The notes below the pieces were generated by a model. The model saw only the letters and a list, made by a program, of their open reading frames with translations. It did no database searches and had not been told where the DNA came from. This document shows positions 1 through 13,575 of a stretch of 64,000 nt of DNA, piece by piece. Made by a program: the position numbers and the translations under genes. This DNA comes from the human T2T-CHM13v2.0 reference genome, Homo sapiens: the NCBI RefSeq assembly GCF_009914755.1, contig NC_060929.1, one strand, 5' to 3'. Every line of letters begins with the position of its first letter. The stretch's first letter is position 1.

Positions 1-447
1 GTGGTGGCCTTCCCAAGAATAACGATGCTTTCAGTTTTCTGACTCTTGGTTAGGGTTTTTCAATGTAGGGCTTGTTCCCTGAGATTTGGCCTACACAACC
101 TGCAGGTGAAGCCCTTAGTATGACCCAGGAGATGCAGCAGAGCCTGCTGCTGGAGCCAGGCATGGCTTTCTTTAGAAGAACCAGAAATGCTGAGACATCT
201 CTTAAATTTTGAGTGAAAATATCACAGGTACTCTTTTTAGCTTTTGCGCTTGGGAGAAAAACTAAGCCTGCTTACAGTCTTAACCCAGCTAGTGAAGGCT
301 CCTGGCGGACGTGCACACTAAGCACATCGGATGAGCTGTTTGGACCAGGGTGAGGGCGCACCATCAGGCCCTTCCCGCATCCCTGTTGGCCTCACTGTTC
401 CTGCAAGACTTACACTGGGGAAACTTTTGAAAATGAAAATGTAACTT

Positions 448-801
<354 letters not shown>

Positions 802-2020
802 TCAGCAGCTGAGACCCTCAGGCTTGAAAGGAAGGCAGGTGCAGCTGAGGTTTCTTGAACTGCCTGTCTGTGGAACCTTGGGAAGTTGTTTCTGCTTTCT
901 CTTTTGTAAGAAGGAACACGATTTGCCTTGCTCATCTCAGGAGGCGCTTGAATGAAGCAAATGAATTGATGTGAAGGAAAACACTCTGCAAGTTAGGAAA
1001 TGGTCCTCAAAAGTAGGGAAGACTCCAGCCACAGCAGTGAGCCCTGGCCGAAAGCTGGGGTGACATCTCCTGCTTCTATGCCGGCCCCTCCAGCTGCAGG
1101 CTGCACAGCTGGGCTTCCCTTCACAGTGTCCTGTCAGGATGAATGGGACTGCACGTGATGGAGAAGCTTCCAGACTCAAGCTGACTCTTGGTGATAGTAC
1201 GTTTAAGGTGCTTTTCTCCTTTCACTTCTTGAGGATAGCTGCTGAGCAGTCCAGGATGGAAGGAGGATTTGTGCTTTTGCCTATACGTGTCCCTGGGCGT
1301 TTCTTCATTCGCTGTCCTCTTTTAGGAGCTGTACTTGCAGTGGTGGAGCTGGAAGCCTTCTCTAAGGGCAGTGAAGCCGCACACTTAGAGTTTTCAGGTG
1401 GGCCGCATTGACTTAGATGCAGGTGAGGCCTCTGTGATGCCCTGAGCCAGCCCAGCTCCATGCCGGTGCCAGCCAGGCCCGGCCTCGGTTTTGCTCTGCA
1501 ACAATGGGAAGGTACCCTTTCCTCCTCATGATCCAAAAGTTGCTCTGAAGACGATGTGACAAATGTCACCGTGTGAGGGACCTCGTTTGTGACTCTTGTG
1601 TTCTAAGACCCACGTTGCTTTATTGCCTAGAGGTTCCTGAAAGGAGTGCAAGAGCTGGCCTGTGCTTTGGTGGCTGAAGGAAGCTCTAAAGCTCTTCCAT
1701 GGAGGGCCCGTGTCAGCCACTCTCCCCTTCAGTTAAGTGACGGATGGACTTGCCTGGTTTTAGGATCTTATTCAGCGGCATTTCTTCAAGTGAGTTAATT
1801 GGATACTAAACAATTCTCCATTAACAAATAGAAGCATTTCACGTGGTTTGTAAGTATTGCAAACACCAACACTGTTTATAATATTATACATTATCATAGA
1901 GATGACACCATATAATATTCCACTGAGTTTGGTGCCCAATAATCCAGAAATAGAATAAGCATTGTAGTCAGAATATCATTCAAAGAAGGTCATTAAAGTA
2001 AAATATTGTGTATTTTGCAG

Positions 2021-2149
2021 GTTTACTCAGACACAAAAATGAGGAAACTTCACTTTAGATAATTGATCAAGTTTCTTTTCTCCAGAAGCTGTTTTCTTGA
2101 CAGGCTCATCCCCAGACGGGCTGCCATAACCTTCAGGTTCACTGGGCAG
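2021..2149 (+). ncRNA. Candidate non-coding exon
   Basis: Acceptor TATTTTGCAG|GTTT at 2020/2021 and donor GGGCAG|GTGAGA at 2149/2150. All three frames contain stops. Splice signals only; no transcript evidence. Confidence 0.25.
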
Positions 2150-2310
2150 GTGAGAGCCAGGCCCCACCGTCATCGGTTCCTTGAGTGTCCCAGGGAGGCT
2201 CAAGGCCTGGGCAGGAGGGTCTGAGTCCGGTGTGAGGTGACCGCGTGCTGTGCTCTGCAGGGCCAGGCCTAGACCCCGACGTCCCAGTCCCAGTCTCTGT
2301 CTGCCCAAGT

Positions 2311-2337
2311 GGGCGGGAGAATCTGGGGGAGGGAGGG
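2311..2337 (+). other. G-quadruplex motif with GC-box in a GC-rich segment
   Basis: GGGCGGGAGAATCTGGGGGAGGGAGGG has five G-runs with short loops and lies in the GC-rich stretch ~2100-2830. Confidence 0.5.
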
Positions 2338-3544
2338 AGAGGCTGCTTCCCAGGCCGTCATCCCAGCACGGCTTCCTCACTGGGAGGACGCGGCTTGTTC
2401 CCATTTCTGGAGTCAGGCTGTATGGGCCCCTCCACAATCTTCAGCGCCGCGTCCCTGCAGGTCCACATGTCCCCCGCGGGCCCTCCCCTGGTTTCCGATG
2501 CCCATCACCCAACCTCTTCTGTGTCCTCAGCCCGGGGTGGGGGTGCAGCCCCTGCAGGTGCCTCAGGGTGTCTGTGCTCCCAGCCCTACCCACTGCTCGG
2601 TCAAACCTTCACATCGCCTTCTCTCCTGCGCGCAGCTGGCGGCTTCTATCTTCTGACCCACCCCAGCGTGCCTACCGGCTTTCCTCACACCTCACTGTTC
2701 AGGAGAAGAGGGAAAGGCGACCCTTGCCCCTCCTCTACATCTGCCCACGGGACCCCCTGGTGACAACCCTGTGGGGAGGGGACAGCATGGCAGGGCCACA
2801 GTGTAGGCCTGGGAATTAAACTCAGATCGCTACAGGGAGACCAGACAAAGCCGGGGCATGGGAGTATTTAATGATTCATTAATCCTCATGTGTTTAGAGA
2901 AAGGATTGTTCTTACAGCTCACCTGGAAAGAATGTTCCTTGGTGTAAAAGTCTGCTCTATTCATAAAAAGCTCCCTTGAACTGACTTTGGCAAATGCCCA
3001 GGACCGGGTTACGTGTCTGAGGAGAGCTTTATACAAATAGTACAAACAGCGTAAAATTTAGCGCCAGTCTGTAACACCCACCCCCATATTTTAATGAACA
3101 ATTACTCCAATTGGAACCAAATATTTTATACCCCCTGGTAAGTTTTCTGCCACCTGCCCGTGAATGTGCTTCTCCCTGATCTGCAATTCTGTCAAACTCT
3201 TATGCAGTCTATTTGCTTACACTGTTTATGACAGTCACATCGTGAAACATCTCTTTGTTTAATATCCTGGAATTACACAAATCAAGGATTCTTTTGGCAG
3301 GCCTTGTTAGGTAAACATCCTTAAAGGAGTGGCTTCCATGGCAGAGGCCGGCGTGGGCTGGATGCCTTTGTCTTCGTGGTAACAGCACTCAGAGCTGGCG
3401 TATCACGCATTGCTTTGTAAGTGTCTGAGGATCATGGTCCTGCTCCTTCCAGGCAGCCTTGCTGAGCACTAGACACACACCTTGGATTGAGCTCCTGTTG
3501 GGAAGCACATATCTGAGGATTGCAATGAAGATTGTCCCCACAAA

Positions 3545-4590
3545 CTTTTAATGGAACTTTTAGTATCGGTATAGGCTTAATGGAGCAGTTGAGAATAGAA
3601 CAATGAGTTCCCCGTACCCCTACCCTGTCGCTCCATTTGTTAACGTCTTATATGACTGCATGTTGACGTGATTAAGGAACCAACGCTGGTACATCACTGT
3701 GTGCTAAACTACACCTAATTTCTATCTAATATCCTATTCTGACCCAAGATCCAGTCCAGGGGACCACATTGCATGTCATCCTCATATTTCCCTAGGCTGC
3801 TCTGATCTCTGAGAGTTTCTGAGACTTTTCTTGCTTTAATGGCATTCAGAATTTTGAGGGACAACTGCTCAGGTATTTAGTAAAATGTCCCTCCACTTGG
3901 GTTTATAGTGACTTTCTTATGGTGAGACAGGGCTTACGGATGTCAGAGGAGATGAGCAGAGGGTCCAGTGCCGTTCTCGTCCCATCATAGCAGGGGCACA
4001 TGCTATCCGTGAGGCTCAGCGTTCATGTGTTCATTTTGATCACCTGGCAGAAGTAGCGTGTGCCAAGTTTGTCTACTGTAAAGTTACTTTTTGCCCATTT
4101 CTGTGATGTACTTTTTGGAAACAAGTTACTAAGTGCATCCCACAGCCGAATGAGAGGAAAGAGAATTACGCTATATGTCATTGAAGGCAGAGTATCAGCA
4201 TAAATTATTTGCAATGTTTCTGTATGGAAGACTTGTCTCTTCTGTACATCTGGTTATTTAGGCATATAGGTATGGGCAAAGGATATTTATTTGATTTCTT
4301 GTTTTATAATCCAACACTATGCAATTTGTTTTGCTGTTCAAATCACTTCAGCTTTGGCCACAAGGGACACTTTCAGGTTCTCCCATGTCCTATAGGTGTG
4401 TCCCCACCCTTTAGTTTTTGGGGGACTCCCTTACTTTTTGGTGCTTCAAGATGCTCCAGGCTCCTCTTGAATGTCTGCAGGCACAGTCCTACAGTCAACT
4501 GTTTGTCCAAGGAACCCTGGTTCATTTTCTTGAAGAATGGCATCAGAAGTCAAGTCAAACACAGAATGTGCTCCTTCATACTGGGGTGTT
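3545..4590 (-). mobile_element. Old LINE-1 3' end (L1MC-like)
   Basis: Resembles the antisense L1MC 3'UTR, e.g. CCAAGATCCAGTCCAGG..CCACATTGCAT, TTGATCACCTGGCAGAAGTAG, AGATGCTCCAGGCTC, CCAAGGAACCCTGGTTC. Boundaries approximate. Confidence 0.75.
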
Positions 4591-5469
4591 GCCTTCATTT
4601 TCCTGGAACAACTCAGCTTCCTGCTATAACCAAATAGCATCTTCAGCTACCAGACAGATTAGATGTTCTGGTTACCCTGCCTGACCTAGGGGTTTCAGCA
4701 GAGATCTTTTATTTCCTTTCCTGCATGTCCCCAGAGACTGAGTAATAAATATTGTGTGGAGCTGAACTTTTTGAATGTTTGACCCTTCCATTGTCATGTT
4801 TATTTTGTGAATGTCTGAAAACCACTTTGTGATTTATAACCAAGCGGCTGAGGTGGAATTTAATTGCTTTACAGATAACTACGTAGATGCCGTCTGGAGT
4901 TGTATTTATTTGTAGCCAGGTGAGTGAGAGCTGTGCAAGAAAGGGGTTAAAGTGGGCCCATTATCAAGTGCATTAGATGTGTTTTTCTTAGCAGTAAATT
5001 CAATAGAAAGTATGGCTACTTTAATCAAAGTGTTCATAGAATGTCCTCCGTGGAAGGCATCTGTATTGCTTCTTCTATTATTCAGGCATATATTTAGTAG
5101 GTTTCTTACAGAATGGCATTTGCTCAATTAGAAGATATTAAAAACTGGTTCTATACTCTGACCAGTAGAGAAATGGTTCATTAATTGTTAGCTGGGAAAC
5201 CAACTTTTATGTTTCTCCTCTGCTTTCCTTTTTGTCATTAATATTATTCAAAAGCATGGCTTGGAAAACAATGAGAAAATATTCCTCATTCTCTAACCCA
5301 TGAGATTGTGTTCAACATGATGAGGAGGAGGAAGAGGAGAAGAGGAGGAAGATCATAAACCATATAATATTTTCTGATGTGAACAACCTCACTCTTAGAT
5401 AGTATGAAATGAATACCTCTTATAAATCACTGCTATTTTTCTAGACGACTGCAGCTTCTTTGACACTGT

Positions 5470-6128
5470 CACCATAAAGAGGGGGGCCTATGCCCCTCTT
5501 GTGAATCTGAGCTGGCTCCCCGCTGTTCTCACCAGTGGAGTGTGGCACTGGAGGTACCAAGCTGGTGCCAGGCCTGACCTCTGAGAGGCTTAAACTCTGA
5601 GAGGACTGGCAGCTGTCACCTTGGTTTCTTGAACCCGTGAGAAGCCACATGAGGAGATTGACTATATTGAGGCTCCCATGCTCTAGGAATCCCAAGCCAT
5701 GGTGTGGAGATGTACTGAAATAGCCATTCAGAATTGGAGTTCTGGGAAATAATTAAACCTTAACGCCCTAAGGTATTCATGAGAGGTAATTAATTATCTT
5801 GTTTGTGTGCATCTAAAATAACAACAGTTTTTAATCGTAATTAGGACAATGAGAAAATAGCTATTCAAACTCTACTCTGTGTTTTGTAGTTCAGAAGGAC
5901 TTCAGTTAGGAAAGAATGCTGGAGGCTGAAACACCTCCTTGTAGGAGGAGCCATCATGGAGGCGTGGCCCCAGGTGCAGCCACTCCTGTGAAGTCATGTG
6001 GATCAGAGACAAACCACCTAGCAGAACCCTTCCTGCATTCCCTACCTACAAACCCATGAACAAAACAATGTGGTAGCTTTACGATGTTAAGTTTTGAGAT
6101 AATTTTAAAAAATTAAGCAACAGTAACT
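5470..6128 (+). mobile_element. MLT1 (ERVL-MaLR) LTR remnant in two pieces (~5470-5710 and ~5940-6128)
   Basis: MLT1G/H-like motifs GAGGACTGGCAGCT, CCATGCTCTAGGAATCCCAAGCCA, ATGTGGATCAGAGACAAACC and terminal AAGTTTTGAG..AGCAACAGTAACT. Confidence 0.6.
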
Positions 6129-7254
6129 ATCAAAAACCCAACATAAGCAAATGAAGCCCCATCTTCCAACCAGAAAGCCAACCATCAGCCTATTAAATTG
6201 TATATGTGATATTTAAAATGTGTGTATGACTGTGTGTGGCCAAAAAGTGTCTCTGCTTTATTCCTTCTTTCTCTTGTACGTTAATAGAGTTTCCTTTGTT
6301 TCTCCATCATGCACTTGGATCATCCAACTCAATTTGGCAATGCTATTCATATAAGGAAAAATGTTGGTTTATCCCCAGCTCTAATCTGCACAATGACTCC
6401 CTGAATTTGTAATGTATGTAACCCATCTACCTTTCCTGGAACACATTTAGCAGGATGCCTCCTGTCTTCCATTGTGGGAAATAGATGATACATGGGGATG
6501 AAGATACATAAAAAAAAAATCTCTTTGAGATGTATAAGAAAAAATCAACATGGAAAATTCAAAACTATTATTAGAAAAAAGAGTTATGTCTCTGAAATTA
6601 AATAGGAAAGGAAAGATTTGAAGTTCAGTTTCCCTTTTTTTTTTGTTCTGTACAAGTATTCACACCAGACTCAGTACTTTATCTCAGGATCCCTTCAGCC
6701 CCACTTGAATGCCCCGAGCTGGTTCTCCATCATCTGACAATTCAACCGCTAACATCTGAAGTCTCTGCAGGTCCGAAATGAAGATCAAAAAGCAGCAAGG
6801 CAGTAGTCGCCTGATCCATCAGCAGTCACAGATGTGTCCAGAACTGAGAGAGCCTGCCCTCCACTCAGACTTGTCCCTCAAGACAACAAAAGGCTCAATA
6901 TCAGAAAATCGAAAGAGAAGAACAGGCATACCTGGTCTCTCAGGCACCAAGTGAAAACATCATTGCCAATTTCTTTCAAAAGAAGTTGTTCCATTGCCAC
7001 ATTTCTTTCCTATTTAACAGCAAAGCAAGCATGAGTCAAGGTGCTATTTTCATTCATGTTATTAAACACATTATAGTTTAAGCTCCTTCATAACTTCTAG
7101 TCTAAAACAGTAAACATGGCTATATATATTTGTTTTCCTGGGAATACCAATGTGCATACAAAAACTCTATAGTTAGACTTTTAACTACAAGCCTGTATTG
7201 CTTTTGTGATCTAAAAGAGACAACAGAACCCCACCCTCAACAGAACCAGCCCCC

Positions 7255-7340
7255 TGGGGCTGCTGTGGGATAAATAAGAAAATACATGTCAAGCTCTAGG
7301 AACAGTGCCTGACGTGGTGTAAGCACCATCAACGTTTTCT
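7255..7340 (+). mobile_element. MIR 3' fragment
   Basis: GGCTGCTGTGGGATAAATAAGAAAATACATGTCAAGCTCTAGGAACAGTGCCTG..GTAAGCAC resembles the MIR 3' end. Confidence 0.55.
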
Positions 7341-8127
7341 CTAACTTCTGCTTCTTAGCTTTCCTTCTGTGCCTGACTAATTGGTGTAAATGGTGGGTCA
7401 GAAGAAGCTAAAATGTCCTTCTTGCCCCTCATGTAATAATATGAAAGCAAAAGTGGGTGATGGGATTGCTCCTGGCTGAGTCTGCACAGAGCAACAGCAG
7501 GAAACCATCCCTGAGGGAAGACAGAGGACCCTGTCTTCTCTTGCATTTAATTGGCTGTAATGCTTTAGTATTAATGTGAGTAGTATATGTTAGGATGATG
7601 TGTTTGACAGCTGAACTGCCCCATTGATGTTAAAATAGTATAAAATAAAAACATTTTTCTTGGCACTTGTCTCTTCTCCATGCTGTATGACAGAAAGAAG
7701 AGTGCGAGAAGGGAAGAACTGCAGAGACACCTCCAAATGGCCGGTCCTCTGTGTCAGGAATGCTGGGCCTTGGTGGCGTCTCACAGGTGATTGTGTCTGG
7801 CCCATGGAAAACAGCACACAGAACTACCTCCCTGGGCAGGGCCATCAGCTTTCTTTCCAGGCAATACCCATTGGACTGGGAGAAACCTGCAAGCTGCAAC
7901 CACACAAGCTGGAGCTTCAGACTGAATTTTAGCTGCTGCGTCAGACATCTCAGGGATGGCAAGAACCTCAGTCTCTCCCATTCTTCTGGACTCAAACATT
8001 CCCGGGAACATGGCCCCTGTTATCGCCCATGTGTGTGGACCAGACCCAAGGTTGGGATGGGCTTCTCATCAAGGGACTGCTTTCTGGTTGAGGTGAACCA
8101 CAGCAGCTGATGGGCGTGGTCATTCCC

Positions 8128-10501
8128 TGATATGGCTTGACTCTGTGTCCCCATTCAAATCTCATCTCAAATTATAATCCCCCCATATTGAGGGAAAGAT
8201 CTGGTGGGAGGTGATTGGATCATGGAGGCAGTTTCTCCCATGCTATTCTCGTGATAGTGAGTTCTCATGAGATCTGATGGGTAAAAAGTGACACTGCCCC
8301 CTTCTCTTTCTCTTTCTCTCTCTCCTGTTGCCTTGTGAAGAAGGTGCCTGCTTTCCCTTCACCTTCTGCCACAATTGTGAGTTTCCTGAGGTCCTCCCCG
8401 CCATGCGGAACTGTAAGTTAATTAAACCTCTTTTGTTTATAAATTACCCAGTCTCAGAGAGTTCTTTATAGCAGTGTGAAAATGGTCTAATAAAGAAAAT
8501 TGGTAGGAAGATAGTGAGGTTCTGCTATATAGACAACCTGAAAATGTGAAAGTGACTTTGGAACTGGGTAATAAGTAGATGTTGGAACAGTTTGGAGGGC
8601 TCAGAAGAAGATAGGAAGATGTGGGAAAATTTGGAAATTCATAGAGACTTGTTGAATGGCTTTGACCGAAATGCTGACAGTGATATGGACAATGAAGTCC
8701 AGGCTGAGGTGGTCTCAGATGTAGATGAGGAACTCACTGGGAATCGGAGCAAAGGTCACTCTTGCTACACTTTAGCAAAGAGACTGGTGGCATTTTTCCC
8801 CTGCCCTAGGAATCTGTGGTACCTTGAACTCTGGAGAGATGACTTAGGGGAGAAATAAGAAATTTCTAAGCAGCAAGGCATTCAAGTGACCTGGCTTTTT
8901 CTAAAAGCATATGCATTCACAAGATGGTTTGAAATTGGAACTTATGTTTAAAAGGTAAACAGAGCACAAAGGTCGAAAATTTGCAGCCTGTGATAGAAAA
9001 GAAATACTCATTTTCTGGGGAGGACTTCAAAGCCCTAGCCAGCTGCTGGAATTTGTCTAAGTAATGAGGAGCCAAATGTTAATAGCCAAGACAATGAGGA
9101 AAATGTCTTCAGGGCATTTCAGAGAGCTTTATGGCAGCTCCTCTTATCATAGGTCCAGAGGCCTAGGATGAAAAAATGGTTTCATGGGTCAGGTCCAGGG
9201 CCCTGGTGCTCTGTTCGGCCTCAGGACAAGGTGCCCTGCATCCAAGCCACTCCAGGTCCACCCATGGCTAAAAGGGGCCAGGGTACAGCTTGGGCCATGG
9301 CTTCAGATGGTACAAGCCCCAAGACTTGGTGGCTTCCACATAATGTTAGGCCGGCAGGCATGCAGAAGACAAGAACTGAGGTTTGGGAACCTCCACTTAG
9401 ATTTCAGAGGATGTATGGAAACACATGGATGTCCAGGCAGAAGTCTGCTGCAGTGGTGGAGACCTCTTGGAGAACCTCTGCTAGGGCAATGCAGGGGGAA
9501 AATGTAGTGTTGGAGCCCTCACACAGAGCCCCCACTGGGGCACTGCCTAGTGAAGCTATGAGAAGAGGACCACCATCCTCCAGACCCCAGAATGGTAGAT
9601 CCACTGACAGCTTGCACTGTGCACCTGGAAAAGCTGCAGACACTCAATGCCAGACTTGAACACAGCCACAGGAGCTGTACCCTGCAGAGCCACAGGGGTA
9701 GGGCTGCACCTTGGGAGCTCACCCCTTGCATCAGTGTGCCCTGGATGTGAAACATGGAGTCAAAAGTGTTTATTTTGTAGCTTTAAAATTTAATGAGTGC
9801 TCCTGTTGGATTTTGAACTTGTGTGGGGACTTTTGGCCCTTTTGTTTTGGCCAATTTCTCCCATTTGGAATGGGAATATTTACCCAATACCTGTACCCCT
9901 ATTGTATCTTGGAAGTAACTAAGTTATTTTAGATTTCACAGGTTTATAGGTGGAAAGGACTGCCTTGTCTCAGATGGGACTTTGTACTTAGACTTTTGAG
10001 TTAATGCTAGAATGAGTTAAGACATTGAGGGATTGTTGGGAAGACATGATTGGTTTTGAAATGTGAAAAGGACATGAGATTTGGGAGGCACCAGGGGCAA
10101 AATAATACGATTTGGCTCTGCGTCCCTACCCAAATATCATCTTGAACTGTAATCCCCATGTGTCAAGGAATGTGCCTGGTGGAAGGTGATTGGATCATGG
10201 AGGCCGTTTTCCACATGTTTTTTTCATGATAATGAGTGAGTTCTCATGAGATCTGATGGTGTAAAAGTGGCACTTAACCCTTCCTTGTCTCTCTCTCTCT
10301 CTCTCTCCCTCCCGCCCTCCCTCTCTCTCCCCTGCAACAATGTGAAGAAGGTTCTTGCTTCTCCTTAGTCTTCCACCATGACTGTGAGTTTCCTGAGGCC
10401 TCCCCAGCTATGCAGGACTTTGAGTCAATTAAACCTCTTTTGTTTATAAATTATCTGTTCTCAGGGAGTTCTTTACGGCAGAGTGAGAATGGACGAATAC
10501 A
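8128..10501 (+). mobile_element. Full-length THE1 (THE1D-like) MaLR element: LTR, internal region, LTR
   Basis: 5' LTR 8128-8494 (TGATATGG...), internal ~8495-10102, 3' LTR 10103-10501 (...AATACA). 5-bp TSD TTCCC (8123-8127) / CTCCC (10502-10506). The internal ORFs are degenerate MaLR-int fragments. Confidence 0.93.
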
Positions 10502-12147
10502 CTCCCCCATGCCTGAACCATTTAGGTGGCCTCAGGACACACATGAAGAAGAGCAGCCCTCACTGCCATGCCCCTGACCAGAGCCTGCATCCTCTGCCTG
10601 CTGAGACCATCCACCCTTCACTTTGTTGGTGCCTGGCAGGCATCATAGTTTGGGCAGGCCCATGTCCCCCACTGATGTGAGCTGCCAACTCTGCCCTCTG
10701 AGCTGTCCCCCTGCAGGGATGTCCCTCTTGGTCAGACCTTCACCCTGTCAAGATACTTCTAAGGTGTGAGGCCACAGCTCTGAGGCTCCTGGGTGTCATC
10801 ACCTTCTTGCCCTGAAGTTCTTGCTCCTAAGCAGTAGTTCCCTGGTGCCTCCTTCACCAGGGCTGCTGAGCTAAAGAGGCTTGTTTTCATCACAGGGAAA
10901 TATTTCCTTCTCAAGTAGTGCTTCCTTTAATTAGATTCTCCACTGACACCACTGTTCCAGGGTCCCTGCTGGGTAATGATGGGCGAACTTCGTCTCACAC
11001 ATACAGCATGGGGGAGATTGGTCCATCCTTCTTGGAGCATCTGCTTCCTGACTTCCAGTAGCCATAGGGCCACATTGCTTTAGAGCTTGGCTTGTTCTCT
11101 AGAGGCGGTGAGAAAGGAGAAAATGCTTCCAGTGACCACAGGGAAGAGCAGGACCACAGGGAATGGCAGAACTGTTCAACCCTGGAAGGGAAATCATTTG
11201 TGTTTTCTTTCTCAGTGCACAGATTTATTTGTCCTTTGGTGGTCCTTTGGTGGTCAATAGTTACCTTCTCTTGCAATAAAACATTCACTATAAATTCATG
11301 GAATCAGCATTTGTTGAGCATTATGAGTCCACCGTGGGTTCTAACCTGTGGCTAAAAGATGAGCAAACACAGCCCTGTTCTTTCCTAAGGGCAGGGCCTA
11401 AGATTGCAGTGTCTTCTGAGCCCAAGCTCAGGCCCAGTTCCACCTGGTGGAAGTGACCCACTAAATATTCCCTAAATGCAGTGGCTTTCCAATAATTACT
11501 GGTCTCACTTCCACACACTACAGGACAGGACTACTATCTGGACAAATATGTCATGAAAGCCTTGAGTCTGGGATGCAGAGAAATGGATAGATTGAATGAA
11601 AGTGTTGGGTTCTAGTCAATTTCAGGAACCACGGACATGGACAAGCAGGTGGGCAAGAGAAGTACAGCTGTCCTCTGTGATATCATCAGTCATAAGGACC
11701 CAGCTGTCAGGAAATGGGGCAGAGCCTTGAATTTGTAACACTGCCACTTTGAGTTTCATCATTCATGCAAATCTCTGCACTTTCATGATGAAGAAGACAT
11801 TAATCTGAGTGCATTTGTATTTACCCTAAATTGCATAATGCATGCTGGGTCTTAAAATGTTGACATTTACCAAAAGTAATGTTAAAAGGACAGATAAGCA
11901 GAGGAGCAAGTTGCTGATTTTGAATCTTTACTTACGACAAACTTCTTTTAATTACCTTTATATTGAATGCTTTGTAAATAATTCAATAGGCTACACCATA
12001 TGTTATGCAAATTTTAACCAAAATTACTATTTTCAGCAGAATTTGACTGAAGCGTATTAATAGGACAGCATTTCTAATTTTAGCTTGTTTTTACATGAAT
12101 ATCCTTAACAATATATGGGACACGGCAGGATATTTAACTCTAGTGCA

Positions 12148-12285
12148 TTTATTTATTCATCCACCCATTCATCCAGAAGTATTAATCAGCCCTCCTCTCT
12201 ATGGCAGACCCAGCACTAGTTCTTGTGGATATAAAGTTTCATTAACAACACTCACTGTCATTTATCAGCTTAAGGAGACAAACGG
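12148..12285 (-). mobile_element. L2 3' end fragment
   Basis: ATTTATTCATCCACCCATTCATCCAGAAGTATTAATCAGCCCTCC..ATGGCAGACCCAGCACTAG resembles the antisense L2 tail. Confidence 0.55.
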
Positions 12286-13239
12286 GTAGATGCAGAGGCC
12301 AGGAGAGTCTGAAGTCTGTTGAAGCTGGTGGGATTTGCAGACAGTTCTCCAGGTGGCATTGGAGGACTGGGTCCTCTCCCTTACTTTCTGTGTGCAGCTC
12401 TCAGAATAACCAAAGCATAAGAACGCAGCACCCTGAGATAGGGTGGAACTATCTGAAGCAGCTGGAACCTCCTCCCTGTCCCTCCCAGGGAATGCAGCAT
12501 CTCAAGTTAGGGAGAAACTGCCCCGGGAAGCCAAGCTTTCCTCTTCCCTCCCCTGGCAGCAGGATGTCCCTCAAAGTATTGTTCAGTGAGTTCTGTTGCT
12601 TCTGATATATACAACCAGGGTGGGCTGCCCACCAGGGTCCCTCAGCTGTGGTACAAATGGGGCACACACAGCCGGGACCCTGTCTGACCTGGACAGCTCT
12701 CTCAAGGCTTGGGGGACCAGCTCATGATGCATCCAAGGTTTCTTTTGTTTCTCTCTGCCTGTCTGTAAGTAGTAAACCTGCATCGTGCAGCTTGTTATGA
12801 ATTTATTCTGTCTCACTGGACTCAAACAATTAGTAAAACTGTAACCCAAGATGCAGTGGCAGGAGTGTCCGGACTCCTGTTTCTCGTGGCTGGCACAGTG
12901 ATGGTAGGTGGTGGCCTCCATGATGTGAGAGTCCTCCCTTGGGACTGGTATTTGGCGGGACTGTGGCCACATACAGTGCTGTGGCCACATCTAAAAGATG
13001 TGGCATCTGTGTCTGGTAGACAGTAACCAGCAGATAACAGCCCCAGTGAGGCCAGATTGGGCCCTTTGTTAAAAGCGGGTAGACATGTGGGTTTCATATA
13101 TGCAATATCTCACCTAAATCATTCTTGGCAAGTAATTTCAGTATGTTGAAAGGAATCACTCAGTAAGTTGAATGAACCTGGTGATGATTCAGAATGAGCT
13201 CTGGAATGAGTGGTTACTTTGCAAAGTCTGCAGAGTTGA

Positions 13240-13575
13240 TGAAGGAAGGCGAGAAGGAAAGAAAGAAGAAGGGAGAAAGAAAGGATGGAGGGTGAGAAGG
13301 GAGGGTGGAGGGAGGAAGGAATGAAGGCAGGAGGAAGAAAAAAAGAAGGAAGAAAAAACATAAAAGAAGAAAGGAAGATGAAGAAAAAAGGAGAAATTGA
13401 AAAAGGCAGGAAAGAAGGGACTAAGTAAGTAGAAAGGAGGAAGGAAGCATTACATGTGAGTCCATCGGGAAAGAGAGTGAAGGAAGGAAAGAAGAAGGGA
13501 GGGAAGGAAGGAAGAACAGGAGGAAGGGATGAAGGAATAGAGGAAGAGAGGAAGGAAGGATGGAAGAAAGGAAGG
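13240..13575. repeat. Purine-rich (GGAA/GAAA)n low-complexity tract
   Basis: About 335 bp of almost only G and A on the + strand. Confidence 0.9.

Noticed and set aside
2027-2819. Overlapping 115-189 aa ORFs in the GC-rich segment
   Set aside because: Several frames on both strands are open because of high GC content, and no domain is recognisable.
8592-9932. ORFs of 73-163 aa inside the THE1 element
   Set aside because: Broken remnants of the MaLR internal region, not a host gene.
11438-11452. Palindrome TTCCACC-T-GGTGGAA resembling a CTCF core
   Set aside because: Short, and it lacks the GC bases at the end of the CTCF core; compatible with chance in 64 kb.
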